From IMG/VR virus record IMGVR_UViG_3300009610_000004: 64,000 nt of DNA. One strand, 5' to 3'. This document shows, piece by piece, positions 39,460-49,235 of the stretch (position 1 is its first letter; every line of letters begins with the position of its first letter). This DNA is from an uncultured virus (IMG/VR IMGVR_UViG_3300009610_000004). Taxonomy: Duplodnaviria > Heunggongvirae > Uroviricota > Caudoviricetes. A program made the position numbers and the translations under genes. A model generated the notes under the pieces. That model was not told the origin of the DNA and ran no database searches. It saw nothing but the letters and a program-made list of their open reading frames with translations.

Positions 39460-40131
39460 CTAGCTCGGCTTCGGAGCCGCCGGGACTGGTGCGGCCTTGG
39501 GTAGAAGGCCCTGTGTCGCTCGGATCTGATTGTACCGTTCGAGATTGCAGATCTCGCGGCACTGGCCGCAGATGGCGGCGGTCATCGACATGGGTGTGTC
39601 GCAGTAAGGGCAGCGCACCTTACCGAGGGCGGCTTTGGCATCGAAATCCTGCCAGGGCTCTCCGGTGACGTTCATCAGCTTGCCCATAAACAAGTGCAAT
39701 TTGGTTATGTTGCGCCATTCGCCCTGCGCGGCGAGGAGCCGGGCCTCCCTCACTTTCGAGGCGGCAAACTGCATCTGTTTCTCGTGGGCCTCCTGCGTCT
39801 CCGGCAAAGCCTTAACCTGTTCGAGCGTAGGGTTGTCGATCGAGCACACCCAGATGCCGGGCAGGCCCATGTCATCCGGCATGTTCTTGGCGTTGCGCCA
39901 CTGGTTCACCAGATCGTCGGCGGTCTGGTGGGCAGGAATCCCTATCGTTTGATGAACGCCTTTGCCCATGTAGACCAAGGTGTTGAATTCCACCACCTTG
40001 AGCAGGAACGGGTCTTCGATCGACCCGGGCTCGAGGATGAAGACGTTGGAGTCGGTGGAGGTTGGCGGTATATGCAGGGCGCGGTAGGCGTTTTCCTGCA
40101 TCGGCCAGATCGAAATAATTGTCCTACTCAA
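39460..40131 (-). CDS. hypothetical protein with C-terminal Zn ribbon
   Basis: CPYC...CGQC; probable TTG start at 40131 with AGGAG SD. Confidence 0.6.
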   Translation of the reverse strand: MSRTIISIWPMQENAYRALHIPPTSTDSNVFILEPGSIEDPFLLKVVEFNTLVYMGKGVHQTIGIPAHQTADDLVNQWRNAKNMPDDMGLPGIWVCSIDNPTLEQVKALPETQEAHEKQMQFAASKVREARLLAAQGEWRNITKLHLFMGKLMNVTGEPWQDFDAKAALGKVRCPYCDTPMSMTAAICGQCREICNLERYNQIRATQGLLPKAAPVPAAPKPS

Positions 40132-40717
40132 TGGCTTGCTCCTGGTTCTCTCTGAATTCCTTTGACGGCAGCGACACGTAATCCTTGGCGCCGGGAAGGT
40201 GATCGAAGGCGAAGAACTCGTCGGCGATCGCATCTTCGACCGGGCCGCGCTCGGCGCGCTTCTTCTCCTCTAACCGGACGAGCAGATCCTGCTCGTGCTC
40301 TTCGAGTGTCATCCCCAGATGGATCCGGAGATGGAAGATCAGCGTCTCGGTGATTTTGCGGCAGGGCTCTTCGCCTTCGGGCATCGGAGAGCCGACCATG
40401 TGATACTCCCCACGGGCCGGGTAAGGCCATGTCTCGCCGAAGATGGCAAGCCATTCGCCGCGCCGCATATGAGACCACTTAGCCACGGCCCAGCGGTTGC
40501 CCACGATGTCAGCCACGGTGAAGCGCTCGTAGCGGCTCTCGACCATCCAGAGCGGGCCCCCGGGAGTGAGGATCTGGCGGGGGACCAAGTGGCCCTTGTG
40601 CTCAAAGCCCCAGAGCTCGGAGGTCATGGCCCACTTGTAGTTGTTCTCGCCGAAATCGTTCCTGCCGAACTCGGCGGCGAGACGCCCGTTGAGCTCGGCC
40701 AGTAGCTTCTGTTCCAT
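40124..40717 (-). CDS. hypothetical protein
   Basis: 197-aa ORF directly after the capsid gene. Confidence 0.65.
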   Translation of the reverse strand: MEQKLLAELNGRLAAEFGRNDFGENNYKWAMTSELWGFEHKGHLVPRQILTPGGPLWMVESRYERFTVADIVGNRWAVAKWSHMRRGEWLAIFGETWPYPARGEYHMVGSPMPEGEEPCRKITETLIFHLRIHLGMTLEEHEQDLLVRLEEKKRAERGPVEDAIADEFFAFDHLPGAKDYVSLPSKEFRENQEQAIE

Positions 40718-40765
40718 ATAGGTAAAGCGGGGCCGGCTGGCATATGCGGCCCGCCCCGTACGCTA

Positions 40766-42022
40766 CTAGTACGTGGGTTGCGCGAGGTTATAAATTACCC
40801 CCGCATTCCCAAAATTTTGACACAAATAGTCCCTGAGGACGTAGAGGGCGAACCACGCGGTGGCGGCCGGTGATCCGTCTGCGGCGTACAAAGGAAACAA
40901 CTTGTTCCCGTTCATCTCAAACCAGCCGACCGGGTCAATCTCGGCGATCGACCAGTCCTGCGGAGTGATGTAGTCGATGCGATTGGTGGCCTGGTGCGGG
41001 TCGACCGTTGCCGGAATCCCGGCAAACATAAACTTCATATCGACCTTGGGCATGATGTCGGCATTAACCTTGCCGGAGGTGAGTTCGAAGTGGGCAATGT
41101 CCATGACATTCTGCCTGATATTGGCCTGCTGCTTCTGGTTCACGATGGCCATCATCCCGGCAGGCGTGCCTTGGTCGATTTTGCGCCGCTCGATGATCTG
41201 ATGGGCGATCTGCATGCCCATTTGCACCGTGGGCACATTGCCGCCGCCGTCGCGCACATTGACCAAAATCTCCGGCTCGTTGGCGCGGTTTACACCGTGC
41301 GTGGATCCGCTCGTGGCGATGTTGTTGTGATAGAGGAGCCCTTTGAGACCCGCCGGAGTGGATCCGGAAGTGCCTTCGAAGACGATCTTATCTCCGGTGG
41401 CCGCACCCGCGATCGTGACGGCGAAGGTCAACGAGCGGGTCGAGTAGTTGATGGATGAGAGTTTGAACGGGCCGCCGACCTTGGGAGTCACCAGAGTTGA
41501 ATCGTAGACGTGATACCACTCGCCGCGCCGGAAACCCTGGACGCCGTTGACGGTGTCCATCACATACACGGTTTTCGAGGCAACGGTCGACTGGGTGAGC
41601 GAGGTGCCGAGGACCGCCGTGCCGTCGCCCATGTGCCAAGCCCTGTCGATGAAATCGGCGAAGTCAGGGATCATGGTCTTCAGCAACTTTTTGAAGCCCT
41701 GAAGCCGCGACTGCTCGGCCGCCGCGGTGGCGCGGCTGGCAAGTTGGGTGATCTGGCCTCTGAAGCTGAACGGGAAGTAGGTGGTGATCATCACGCCGCC
41801 TTCCTGTGCGCTCCCAAGTCCCAGGCCGCCGCCGTCCGGGTTGTAGGTGCCGACCCGGCCACCATTCGTAGTTAGGTAAGTCGCGCGGAAATCGCGCTCC
41901 GAGACCTTCTCAACATCGGCTTTCGAGTTGATGAGATTGACAACCGTATCGAAGCGCCCGAACCAGTCAGGCAGCTTGGGCGCAACTTTTTCCATTTGCG
42001 CGAAAACGAGATCTGTGGCCAC
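40766..42022 (-). CDS. major capsid protein
   Basis: 418 aa after scaffold; GDGTAVL and GLKGL motifs of HK97-fold coats; AAGGGAG SD with GTG start. Confidence 0.8.
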   Translation of the reverse strand: MATDLVFAQMEKVAPKLPDWFGRFDTVVNLINSKADVEKVSERDFRATYLTTNGGRVGTYNPDGGGLGLGSAQEGGVMITTYFPFSFRGQITQLASRATAAAEQSRLQGFKKLLKTMIPDFADFIDRAWHMGDGTAVLGTSLTQSTVASKTVYVMDTVNGVQGFRRGEWYHVYDSTLVTPKVGGPFKLSSINYSTRSLTFAVTIAGAATGDKIVFEGTSGSTPAGLKGLLYHNNIATSGSTHGVNRANEPEILVNVRDGGGNVPTVQMGMQIAHQIIERRKIDQGTPAGMMAIVNQKQQANIRQNVMDIAHFELTSGKVNADIMPKVDMKFMFAGIPATVDPHQATNRIDYITPQDWSIAEIDPVGWFEMNGNKLFPLYAADGSPAATAWFALYVLRDYLCQNFGNAGVIYNLAQPTY

Positions 42023-42073
42023 GATTTTCTCCCTTTTGAGTCAGAAAAAAGGCCACGCGGGACGCGCGAGCGT

Positions 42074-43489
42074 CTAACTGAAAACGGCGTCGAATTCTTG
42101 AGACCAGGATTTGGAATCGAACTTACCGCCGCCCGGAGTAGGCGCTGACGCACCGTTGGGAGCTATGCCCCCGGCGGGTGTTCCACGTAGCGATTGCGTA
42201 CCTTTTAGCCTCTCGTGAGTCTTGTCGCTTTTCGCCTTGATGGCGGTAGCAGACTCGGACAGAATTGCTGGAGCCTTCTCGCGAAGCACTTGCTCTGCCC
42301 TGGAGGTATATAGCTGAATGAGACGCGCTCGCCAACCATCCCGGATGCTTTCGTTCCCGGCAATTGCGGCTTGCTTGTAAAAACGCTCCCGTTCGCCAGC
42401 AAAGCGCTGGTCGGTCAGGAAGACGTGCTTGAGTTCCTCGCGAAGCCGTATTTCCACGTTCTTGCGAGTTTCAGGAAAATTCTTGAGAGAGGTGAGGACC
42501 GGCTTGATGGCAGCGGCGATCGCGCCAGAGATATTAGTCTCGATGGCGGCCTTGGTGCCGTTGTTCCAGTAGTCCCACTCGGCCTTGGCCTGGGCGGCCT
42601 CTTGCTGTTCGATCGTTTGCTCGCGCCGCTCGATCTGCTGGACCCGTTCGGAGAGCGGATCGGGGGCCGGCTGCTTGGTCAGTTCGGCGCGCTTGCGATA
42701 GTTCCCGGTCAGCGCCTGATCGGCGCGCTGCACCGAAGCCAGGAGCTCGCGCCCCGCCTCGGTGTCGAGCCCGGCCGCCACGGCCTTCTTGTAGAGGTTG
42801 TCGAAGGTGTGCGCGTTGATCCGCTGCTCTAGCCCCTGGATCACTTCGGGCGCGGCGGTCGACGCGGCATGGAGCAGCGCGTCGGCCATCGTCTCGTGCG
42901 GGTTGTAGGCGGTGTGCCCGCCCTCGTATGCCTTCCTGGCGGTCTTGAATAAGTAGCTGAAGGCGCGGGCCTGCTCGGCGGGATCCGCGCTCATCGTGTC
43001 GAAATCGATCGAGTCGAGGAGCGTCTTGTCGCTGGCGAGCGACTTGATGGTGTCCGGAGTGACGGGCCCATCGAGCCCAAGCTCCTTGGACAAGGTGCGC
43101 GCGGCCTGATACCCGGCGAAGACTTCCTTACCGCGGGCTTCGGGGTACCGGATCCACTTCTTGCCGCGCTGCTCGTACTCCTCGCCCTCGCGATCCTCTT
43201 CGGCGACCGGCGGCGGTGCGGCTTCTACGGCAGGCTTCTCGGCAGGAGGGGCGGCTTCTTCAGAAGCGGGCTCGTCATCGGCGGGCTCGTTTTCAAAATC
43301 GATCGGCGACGACGGCTGGACGGTCGAATCCTGTGGGTTCGTCTCGCTCGCGGGGCTGGTCGTCTCGGTCGAAGAGCTTTCCGTCTCGCCCGTAGCGTCG
43401 GCGAACAACGTGTCGATTTCAGCGCTGATCGTTGTAGCGGCTGGACTCGCAGCGGCTCCAACAGAACCCGGTTCTTCCATTGCTGACAT
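42074..43489 (-). CDS. capsid scaffolding protein
   Basis: acidic disordered N-terminus, helical body, between portal and capsid. Confidence 0.7.
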   Translation of the reverse strand: MSAMEEPGSVGAAASPAATTISAEIDTLFADATGETESSSTETTSPASETNPQDSTVQPSSPIDFENEPADDEPASEEAAPPAEKPAVEAAPPPVAEEDREGEEYEQRGKKWIRYPEARGKEVFAGYQAARTLSKELGLDGPVTPDTIKSLASDKTLLDSIDFDTMSADPAEQARAFSYLFKTARKAYEGGHTAYNPHETMADALLHAASTAAPEVIQGLEQRINAHTFDNLYKKAVAAGLDTEAGRELLASVQRADQALTGNYRKRAELTKQPAPDPLSERVQQIERREQTIEQQEAAQAKAEWDYWNNGTKAAIETNISGAIAAAIKPVLTSLKNFPETRKNVEIRLREELKHVFLTDQRFAGERERFYKQAAIAGNESIRDGWRARLIQLYTSRAEQVLREKAPAILSESATAIKAKSDKTHERLKGTQSLRGTPAGGIAPNGASAPTPGGGKFDSKSWSQEFDAVFS

Positions 43490-43503
43490 TTATAACACGG
43501 CTG

Positions 43504-43917
43504 TTATGGTTCAACAAACGGGATCGTGTTGCCGTCCGTGTCGTAGCTCCACCGCGCCGGGCCGTCAGGCCGGATGTCCAGGTGCAGGAACGTGGACGAG
43601 ACGCCGATCCCGCCATTGAGGAATGCATTCACCTTTTCCGCCGCCGCATAAAGTTTTTTTACGGGCAGATGGGCGACGTGGATGTCGGCTGCCATCCCTT
43701 GCGGATGTTGGCTCGCCGGAGCGCCGCCGCACTCTTCGTTGTGGCCAGGGCAGCGATAGCCGCTGGTGATCACGATCGGCTTGCCGATCAGGTCGCGCAA
43801 TTCCTGCAGGGCGTAGATGAGGGCAGTGTCGGTCTCATTCGAGCCGCACCCGCACTGGCAGGCGAACTCCTCGAAGACAAAATTCTTGGTGATGGGCGTG
43901 GTCACTGGGGTTTCCAT
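43504..43917 (-). CDS. peptidase M15A (probable endolysin)
   Basis: ITSGYRC..HN...GGA..SQH..GMAADI...FLHLDIR. Confidence 0.9.
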   Translation of the reverse strand: METPVTTPITKNFVFEEFACQCGCGSNETDTALIYALQELRDLIGKPIVITSGYRCPGHNEECGGAPASQHPQGMAADIHVAHLPVKKLYAAAEKVNAFLNGGIGVSSTFLHLDIRPDGPARWSYDTDGNTIPFVEP

Positions 43918-43927
43918 AATCCTCTCC

Positions 43928-46186
43928 TTAAGCCGGTGGCGCAGATTCTTGCGGCGGGGCCGCCGCCATCGCCTGCTGCATCATCGCCGCCTGCGCGGCG
44001 GCGTCCTGTTCCTGTCCGTGGAGCTTGACGTTCTGGAAGTACTGCGCCGGGTCTTGCTCGGCCTGCTGGCCAGCCGGGCTCATGCACCATTCGCGAATGA
44101 TCATGGCGATGGTGGTGTGATCGGTGTCGAGGAACGGATCGATCGGGACCGAACTGGTTTCGACCGCCGGTATCCCCGTCATCGGGTCAACCCACGGCAT
44201 TCCCGTCATCGGGTCGAGCTGCGGCGGGGTCGGTGGCTCCATCAGGAGTTTTTGAATGCGGTTCATCACCATGTTGAACAGGAACTCGCCAGGCGCGTAG
44301 AAATCGTCGACGCCGAAGTACGCTTTGGTTTGCCCCGCGTTGATGGGATGTCCCAGGCCGATCGATTGCGCCAGTTGCGGCGCTTCCTGGGAGAGGCCGG
44401 AGAGCTTCGTCACTTTCTCGTTGAACGATTGCGGCGCCGTGTCGGCGGCCTCGATGTGCCAGCCCTCTTCTTCGAGGTCGGCCAGATCGATGGACTCGCC
44501 CACTTCACCGAAGCCGGTCGAGGGAACCGACACCGAGCCCACGCCGTGACGCGCACCGAGCCGGATCCCGTCTTCCAAAATGTCGCTGACGAAGTTCTGC
44601 ATGCTCTCAAACGGTAACTGCAGTCCCTGCAACGCCCCGGCTTTTTGTTGCTGATCCTGTCTCCAGGTCGGCGCGGGATCGCCGCCGCCGAAAAGGGCCG
44701 GCTGAATGTTGTCGGCTTCGCGCGTGTACTGGCGCATCATCTCGGCGACCGGCATCAGACCGCTGTGCAGAACGGCGGTGGGAATTGTGACGAACGCCTT
44801 TGAGAGGTCGACGCCGCCGGTCCTGGTGAAGAGGAGCTCGCTCACGCCACCGGACTTCTTGACCACCTCGGGGTTGAGGATCTGGCTATCGACAATGTGT
44901 TTCGGGATGCCGCGCATCACGATCTCGTCGGCCATATTCCAGAAATTGTTGATCGAGTCCTGCTGGCCCATGATGTTATGCACGAGGCCCGGCCCGTTGA
45001 TGTAGGCATTGGTGCCGGTCTTGCAGACGCTCCAGTGCTCGGTCATCTTCGCCGGATCGACCGCCACCGGCCGCCCGCCCATGCGGTGAATGAGGCAGCC
45101 GTCCGGGTAGAGCTTTTCGGCGGCCCGGCGGATCTCACGCGGCATACCGTCGTAGGCGCACGGGTTGAGCCACCGTCTCCCGTACGTCACATTCTCGGTG
45201 GCGCGGTCGACCGTGCGATCGTTCGGGTTCTGGATCTCTTCGAGGATGCGCGCGGCCTCGGCCACGTTCTCGTCGGTGTCCCAGTCGGCGAGCGGAGACA
45301 TATCCTTCTTCGCCGCGGCGAGCCGCTGCAGCACGAGCTTGGCTTTCTTCTTCGAGAGCGGGTACGAGTAATCGAGCCACTCGCAGTCGTCGTCGATCCA
45401 CTTCGCCTCATACGGCGTCATCACTTGAATGCAGGAGAGCAACTGCAGTTCGGGCATCCCCTTGGCATATTCCAGTTCGCCCTTCTGGACCGTCTGGTCG
45501 ATCATGGGCCCGGGAATGACCGGCGACGTCGCCGGATCGAGCGGAGCCATGCAGTTCTGGCACTGGGGACTCCCCTCGGGGCTCTTGCCGCCGCAGTATG
45601 GGCACACCATCTCGCCCGGGGCCTGCGCCTGTTCCAGTTCGTAGATCGGCTCGGTGTGAAACCCGTGTTTCTTGCCGTTGACGACGAGATCGACAAACCC
45701 GTACACCGGGCCCGTGTTCCAGACCACTTCGGCAATTTCATTCGGAGCCCGGCGCTGCAGCTTCCAATACCTGAGCAGATGCCGCGCCATCGTGTTCGCC
45801 TTCGAGGCGACCTGGGTCTGCGAGAAATTCTGCGCGTCGTTGGGGACCGCTTTCTGATTCAGCCGTCGCTGGCCCACAAGGCTGTTGAACTTCTGGCCGT
45901 CCGAGAAGACGATGTTGTACACGTTGGCGAACACGCGCTGCGTTTCTTCTTTGATGTCGAGCGGCACCCAGTCGAACGAGCCCATTTGCGAGTCGTATTT
46001 GAGATGGCCGTACTGCTTGCCTTCCCAGTAAAAAAGGGCCCGCTTGGCCCGGAGAAGTTGGGCGGTGCGGGCCGCTGAGATGGGCCGGTCGAGATCTTCG
46101 AGGATCCACTTGCCGAGCGCGTTCGAATGCACCTCGACGAAGTCTGCGGGCGTCACCACTGTCTTTGAATCGGTGTCGGCAATCAC
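43928..46186 (-). CDS. portal protein with Zn-ribbon insertion
   Basis: 752 aa downstream of terminase; CPYC...CQNC insert; Gln/Pro-rich tail. Confidence 0.75.
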   Translation of the reverse strand: MIADTDSKTVVTPADFVEVHSNALGKWILEDLDRPISAARTAQLLRAKRALFYWEGKQYGHLKYDSQMGSFDWVPLDIKEETQRVFANVYNIVFSDGQKFNSLVGQRRLNQKAVPNDAQNFSQTQVASKANTMARHLLRYWKLQRRAPNEIAEVVWNTGPVYGFVDLVVNGKKHGFHTEPIYELEQAQAPGEMVCPYCGGKSPEGSPQCQNCMAPLDPATSPVIPGPMIDQTVQKGELEYAKGMPELQLLSCIQVMTPYEAKWIDDDCEWLDYSYPLSKKKAKLVLQRLAAAKKDMSPLADWDTDENVAEAARILEEIQNPNDRTVDRATENVTYGRRWLNPCAYDGMPREIRRAAEKLYPDGCLIHRMGGRPVAVDPAKMTEHWSVCKTGTNAYINGPGLVHNIMGQQDSINNFWNMADEIVMRGIPKHIVDSQILNPEVVKKSGGVSELLFTRTGGVDLSKAFVTIPTAVLHSGLMPVAEMMRQYTREADNIQPALFGGGDPAPTWRQDQQQKAGALQGLQLPFESMQNFVSDILEDGIRLGARHGVGSVSVPSTGFGEVGESIDLADLEEEGWHIEAADTAPQSFNEKVTKLSGLSQEAPQLAQSIGLGHPINAGQTKAYFGVDDFYAPGEFLFNMVMNRIQKLLMEPPTPPQLDPMTGMPWVDPMTGIPAVETSSVPIDPFLDTDHTTIAMIIREWCMSPAGQQAEQDPAQYFQNVKLHGQEQDAAAQAAMMQQAMAAAPPQESAPPA

Positions 46187-46189
46187 TTC

Positions 46190-46570
46190 TTAATCGCTCC
46201 CTGAGTGCGCGGCCAGGAACTCTTCCATCGCCCGGCCTTGGCGTTTCGCCACAATCGCGCTGGCGTTGACTGTCTCAGGCTCTACCGAGCCCTGCTGGGG
46301 ATGAAACTGCGGCGGCATCCCGCCGACATCTTCGAACTGCTTCATCCCCCACGCATACTGGCTGAACACATTAACGACGAGCTTGTAGGCGGTGTCCTTC
46401 TCGCGCTGGAGCTCGCGGCGTTCGGCTTCGAGCGCATCAATCCGCTCTTGCAGAGCAAGACCTCGTGCCTGGAAATGCACGGCGTCGAGCCGCTTCTCTT
46501 CGGCGATGTCGTACGCCTGGCGCACGCCCGGGATCAGCATGATCAGCGAGGTCCAGAAGCCGGGCCTCAT
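46190..46570 (-). CDS. hypothetical coiled-coil protein
   Basis: 126-aa ORF tightly packed between neighbours. Confidence 0.6.
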   Translation of the reverse strand: MRPGFWTSLIMLIPGVRQAYDIAEEKRLDAVHFQARGLALQERIDALEAERRELQREKDTAYKLVVNVFSQYAWGMKQFEDVGGMPPQFHPQQGSVEPETVNASAIVAKRQGRAMEEFLAAHSGSD

Positions 46571-46572
46571 GG

Positions 46573-46950
46573 CTAGTACTCTTCTTCGGGAAGCTCTTCT
46601 TCTTCTTCGGGGAGTCCTCCCCCCTCTTCTTCGAAGGGCATCGCCGTGTCGTCGACGGCCCCGGCGGCCGAGCCGAGGATTTCGAACTTGTCGCAGTGGC
46701 CATCGGGCTCGCAGTCGAACTTGTTCCGGTTGCAGAACATTCGTTCTTCGTCGAAGTGCTCGCAGCTTTCGCAGCGCTCACCGGCACTGGTGTAGTTGAC
46801 CGATTCCTGCGAGATGGCGGTCGTGCCGCCCTTGGCTTCCGGCCCCGGGCCGGCCGATCGCGGCGGCGGCGGCGGCGGGCCTTTGGGAGGCGGCGGTGCC
46901 TCCAGCGAGGTCGGCGGCGCTCCCAAACCTTCGTCCATTGATGGGCTCAT
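46573..46950 (-). CDS. HiPIP-like Cys-cluster protein
   Basis: NY...CESCEHF...C......CEPDGHCDKF flanked by Pro-rich and acidic tails. Confidence 0.55.
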   Translation of the reverse strand: MSPSMDEGLGAPPTSLEAPPPPKGPPPPPPRSAGPGPEAKGGTTAISQESVNYTSAGERCESCEHFDEERMFCNRNKFDCEPDGHCDKFEILGSAAGAVDDTAMPFEEEGGGLPEEEEELPEEEY

Positions 46951-48923
46951 GGGTTGATCTGACCTTTCCGGACTAGCATAGCGTCACGTAACAAAATACA
47001 GGACTCGCCCGCATTGTTTTGCTTATCGTAACGCTGCTGGGCCAGCCTGCCGATCATAATCCTCATGTTGAAGTCCTGATCCTGCGCGTTCGAGTTCGAA
47101 ATCCGCGCCACTTCCTCCTCGATGTAGACCTCGCGCGGCACCTTTGATTCATGGTCTTTGAACCCCATCACACCGTAGCGCAGCGAGTCGGCGGGATCGT
47201 CGCCGATCGTCGTCTCCGTCGAATCGAATTTTTTAACATCTTCGGGGTTGGTCGGATAGTCCGAGATGAGTTTTGGGATGGTCTCAATGAGAATCTGGCA
47301 CTTATCGTGGATCCGCAAACGCGGCAGGACCTCGTCCTTTTCCGCCGCGAACATCGCCATGTACTTCTGGTACGCCACGATGCCCTTGGTAAGCTGGATC
47401 TCCTCGGCGTAGGCCATATCGGGCTCGGCTTTCTTGCGCAGCGGCTGGAAGCGCAGCAGGCCGCGCAGGTACTCCCAGCCGTTCTCGCGCGCGTTGTTGG
47501 CGCGGGTGAACCAGATCGACGAACCCTCGATCTCGCTGGTGGCCAGCCGTTCCTCCCTCATCCGCATCGCGCCCGGCACGTCGATCTTCGACACCGCCAG
47601 TTCCTGCGGCGTGAACTCCATAATCAGCGAGGATCCTGGCCCCAGGATGCGCTGGACGCCGTAAGCGATCTGATCGCTGATCATGTGATCCTTGTCGCGC
47701 ACCTGGAAGGCATCGGGCGAGAGGTAGCACCGCAAGCGCGGCTCGCGCATTTGCTCGAGCTTCGCCAGCGAGCGCCGCGCGATCTCCGCGCCGAGCTCGT
47801 CGGCGCCGTAACCGGCCACCACCAGTTCGTCCTCGACGTGAATACGCTTGTCCTGGCCGAGCGCGTACCAATACACCGCCGAATGGTGTTGATGGCCCCA
47901 GTCGATCGACATCCAGCGATGGCACCAGCCGGGGATCGTAAAGCTGGGGATGACATGATACGCCTCGGGAAAATCCTTGAGCTCGGACGAGATCGCGCGC
48001 GACCGGAAGTTCGGATAGAACATGCCCGCGCTGATGTCCCAGTCGCCGTCGATCCACGCCTTCCGGCGCGACTCGGGATGCGACGGATCGGCGAGGCGGT
48101 CGGCATAATGCGGATCCTGCGCGAGTAACTGCGGGTTGTCTTTCAGCGGCCCGTGTAAGTAGATCTTGACTCGCTTGGAATGCGGGTCGAACATCGGCGT
48201 CCCGTAGGGGAATAGCTCGCCGTTGGCGTGCTGGCGCACCTTGACGAAGCGGGCCTTCAGCCATTGCGCGCCTGGCCCATCGGGATTGGCGGTGAGGAGG
48301 ATCTGCGGCCGCAATCCGGGCACCGTGGTGCGGTTCGAACTCAGGATGGCGGCGTAGAGCGCTTCGGACTTGATCTGCTCTGCTTCTTCAATAACGATAC
48401 GGTGATACTCATGACCCCTATATTGTTCAAAAGAAGCCTCATCCTTGAGGTAGCCGGTGTAAATCATGGCTCCGGTCGGAAACAGGAAGCTGGTCGGATT
48501 CCCCTTCTTCACGGCTCCCATGAGCTTGTAAATGGCCCACGCCTTTTCGATGGTCTCCTTCATCGCCTCGTTCGACAAGCGGAGGAGCGTGCCCACATAC
48601 TTCGGGTTGTGAACGTAGAGCGCGGCCCAGGCGATCCCGGCGCTGGTTTTGCCGCCGCCGCGGGGCCCGCCGGCCAAAATCTCGTCGCAGATGAAGCGCT
48701 TGTCCGGAGCCTGCGGCGCGAGCGTGACCGGGTCGTAGAAGACGACGCCGTCCGGGTTACTCCAATAGAAGATCTGCTCCTGCATGCCCGGGTTGGCTTC
48801 CCAGACTAACTGCTCGTTGTAAATAAATTTGGTGCGGTTGTAGGAGCCGATCTGGAGCGCCATCTGCTCCATCGTGAGCGGGACGGCGGCCTGGGGCTGG
48901 CGCGGCTTATTGGGACGGGGCAC
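46947..48923 (-). CDS. terL: terminase large subunit
   Basis: Walker A GGPRGGGKT, Walker B IVIEEA, LTANPDG, nuclease SIDWG and DDPADSLRY. Confidence 0.92.
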   Translation of the reverse strand: MPRPNKPRQPQAAVPLTMEQMALQIGSYNRTKFIYNEQLVWEANPGMQEQIFYWSNPDGVVFYDPVTLAPQAPDKRFICDEILAGGPRGGGKTSAGIAWAALYVHNPKYVGTLLRLSNEAMKETIEKAWAIYKLMGAVKKGNPTSFLFPTGAMIYTGYLKDEASFEQYRGHEYHRIVIEEAEQIKSEALYAAILSSNRTTVPGLRPQILLTANPDGPGAQWLKARFVKVRQHANGELFPYGTPMFDPHSKRVKIYLHGPLKDNPQLLAQDPHYADRLADPSHPESRRKAWIDGDWDISAGMFYPNFRSRAISSELKDFPEAYHVIPSFTIPGWCHRWMSIDWGHQHHSAVYWYALGQDKRIHVEDELVVAGYGADELGAEIARRSLAKLEQMREPRLRCYLSPDAFQVRDKDHMISDQIAYGVQRILGPGSSLIMEFTPQELAVSKIDVPGAMRMREERLATSEIEGSSIWFTRANNARENGWEYLRGLLRFQPLRKKAEPDMAYAEEIQLTKGIVAYQKYMAMFAAEKDEVLPRLRIHDKCQILIETIPKLISDYPTNPEDVKKFDSTETTIGDDPADSLRYGVMGFKDHESKVPREVYIEEEVARISNSNAQDQDFNMRIMIGRLAQQRYDKQNNAGESCILLRDAMLVRKGQINP

Positions 48924-49030
48924 TTATAGGGCGAGTATAAGACCAACGAGCGCCCCCCGGTCGTCCGAACGCGGGGAGCGCCCTCGTATCTGTTGGTTCA
49001 GGCCGGAAGGAACCTGCCGGCCGGAATCGT

Positions 49031-49225
49031 TTACGCGACCGGCTCTTCTTCCGGAGGCGGCGGGACCGGGAGCGGGTATTTCAGCAGCCACTCGTCGATC
49101 AGGATGGAGGTCTGGAGCGCGCCAATGTAGGCGGCCTCGCGCACCTGGAGAAGAAAGGCGTGGAGTTCTTCCAGCGTGGGCGGCGGGAGAACAACGGGAG
49201 TTTCTAGAACAGTTCCTTCAGGCAT
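49031..49225 (-). CDS. hypothetical protein
   Basis: MPEGTVLE start with AAGGAG SD. Confidence 0.55.
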   Translation of the reverse strand: MPEGTVLETPVVLPPPTLEELHAFLLQVREAAYIGALQTSILIDEWLLKYPLPVPPPPEEEPVA

Positions 49226-49235
49226 GGCTTTCTCC

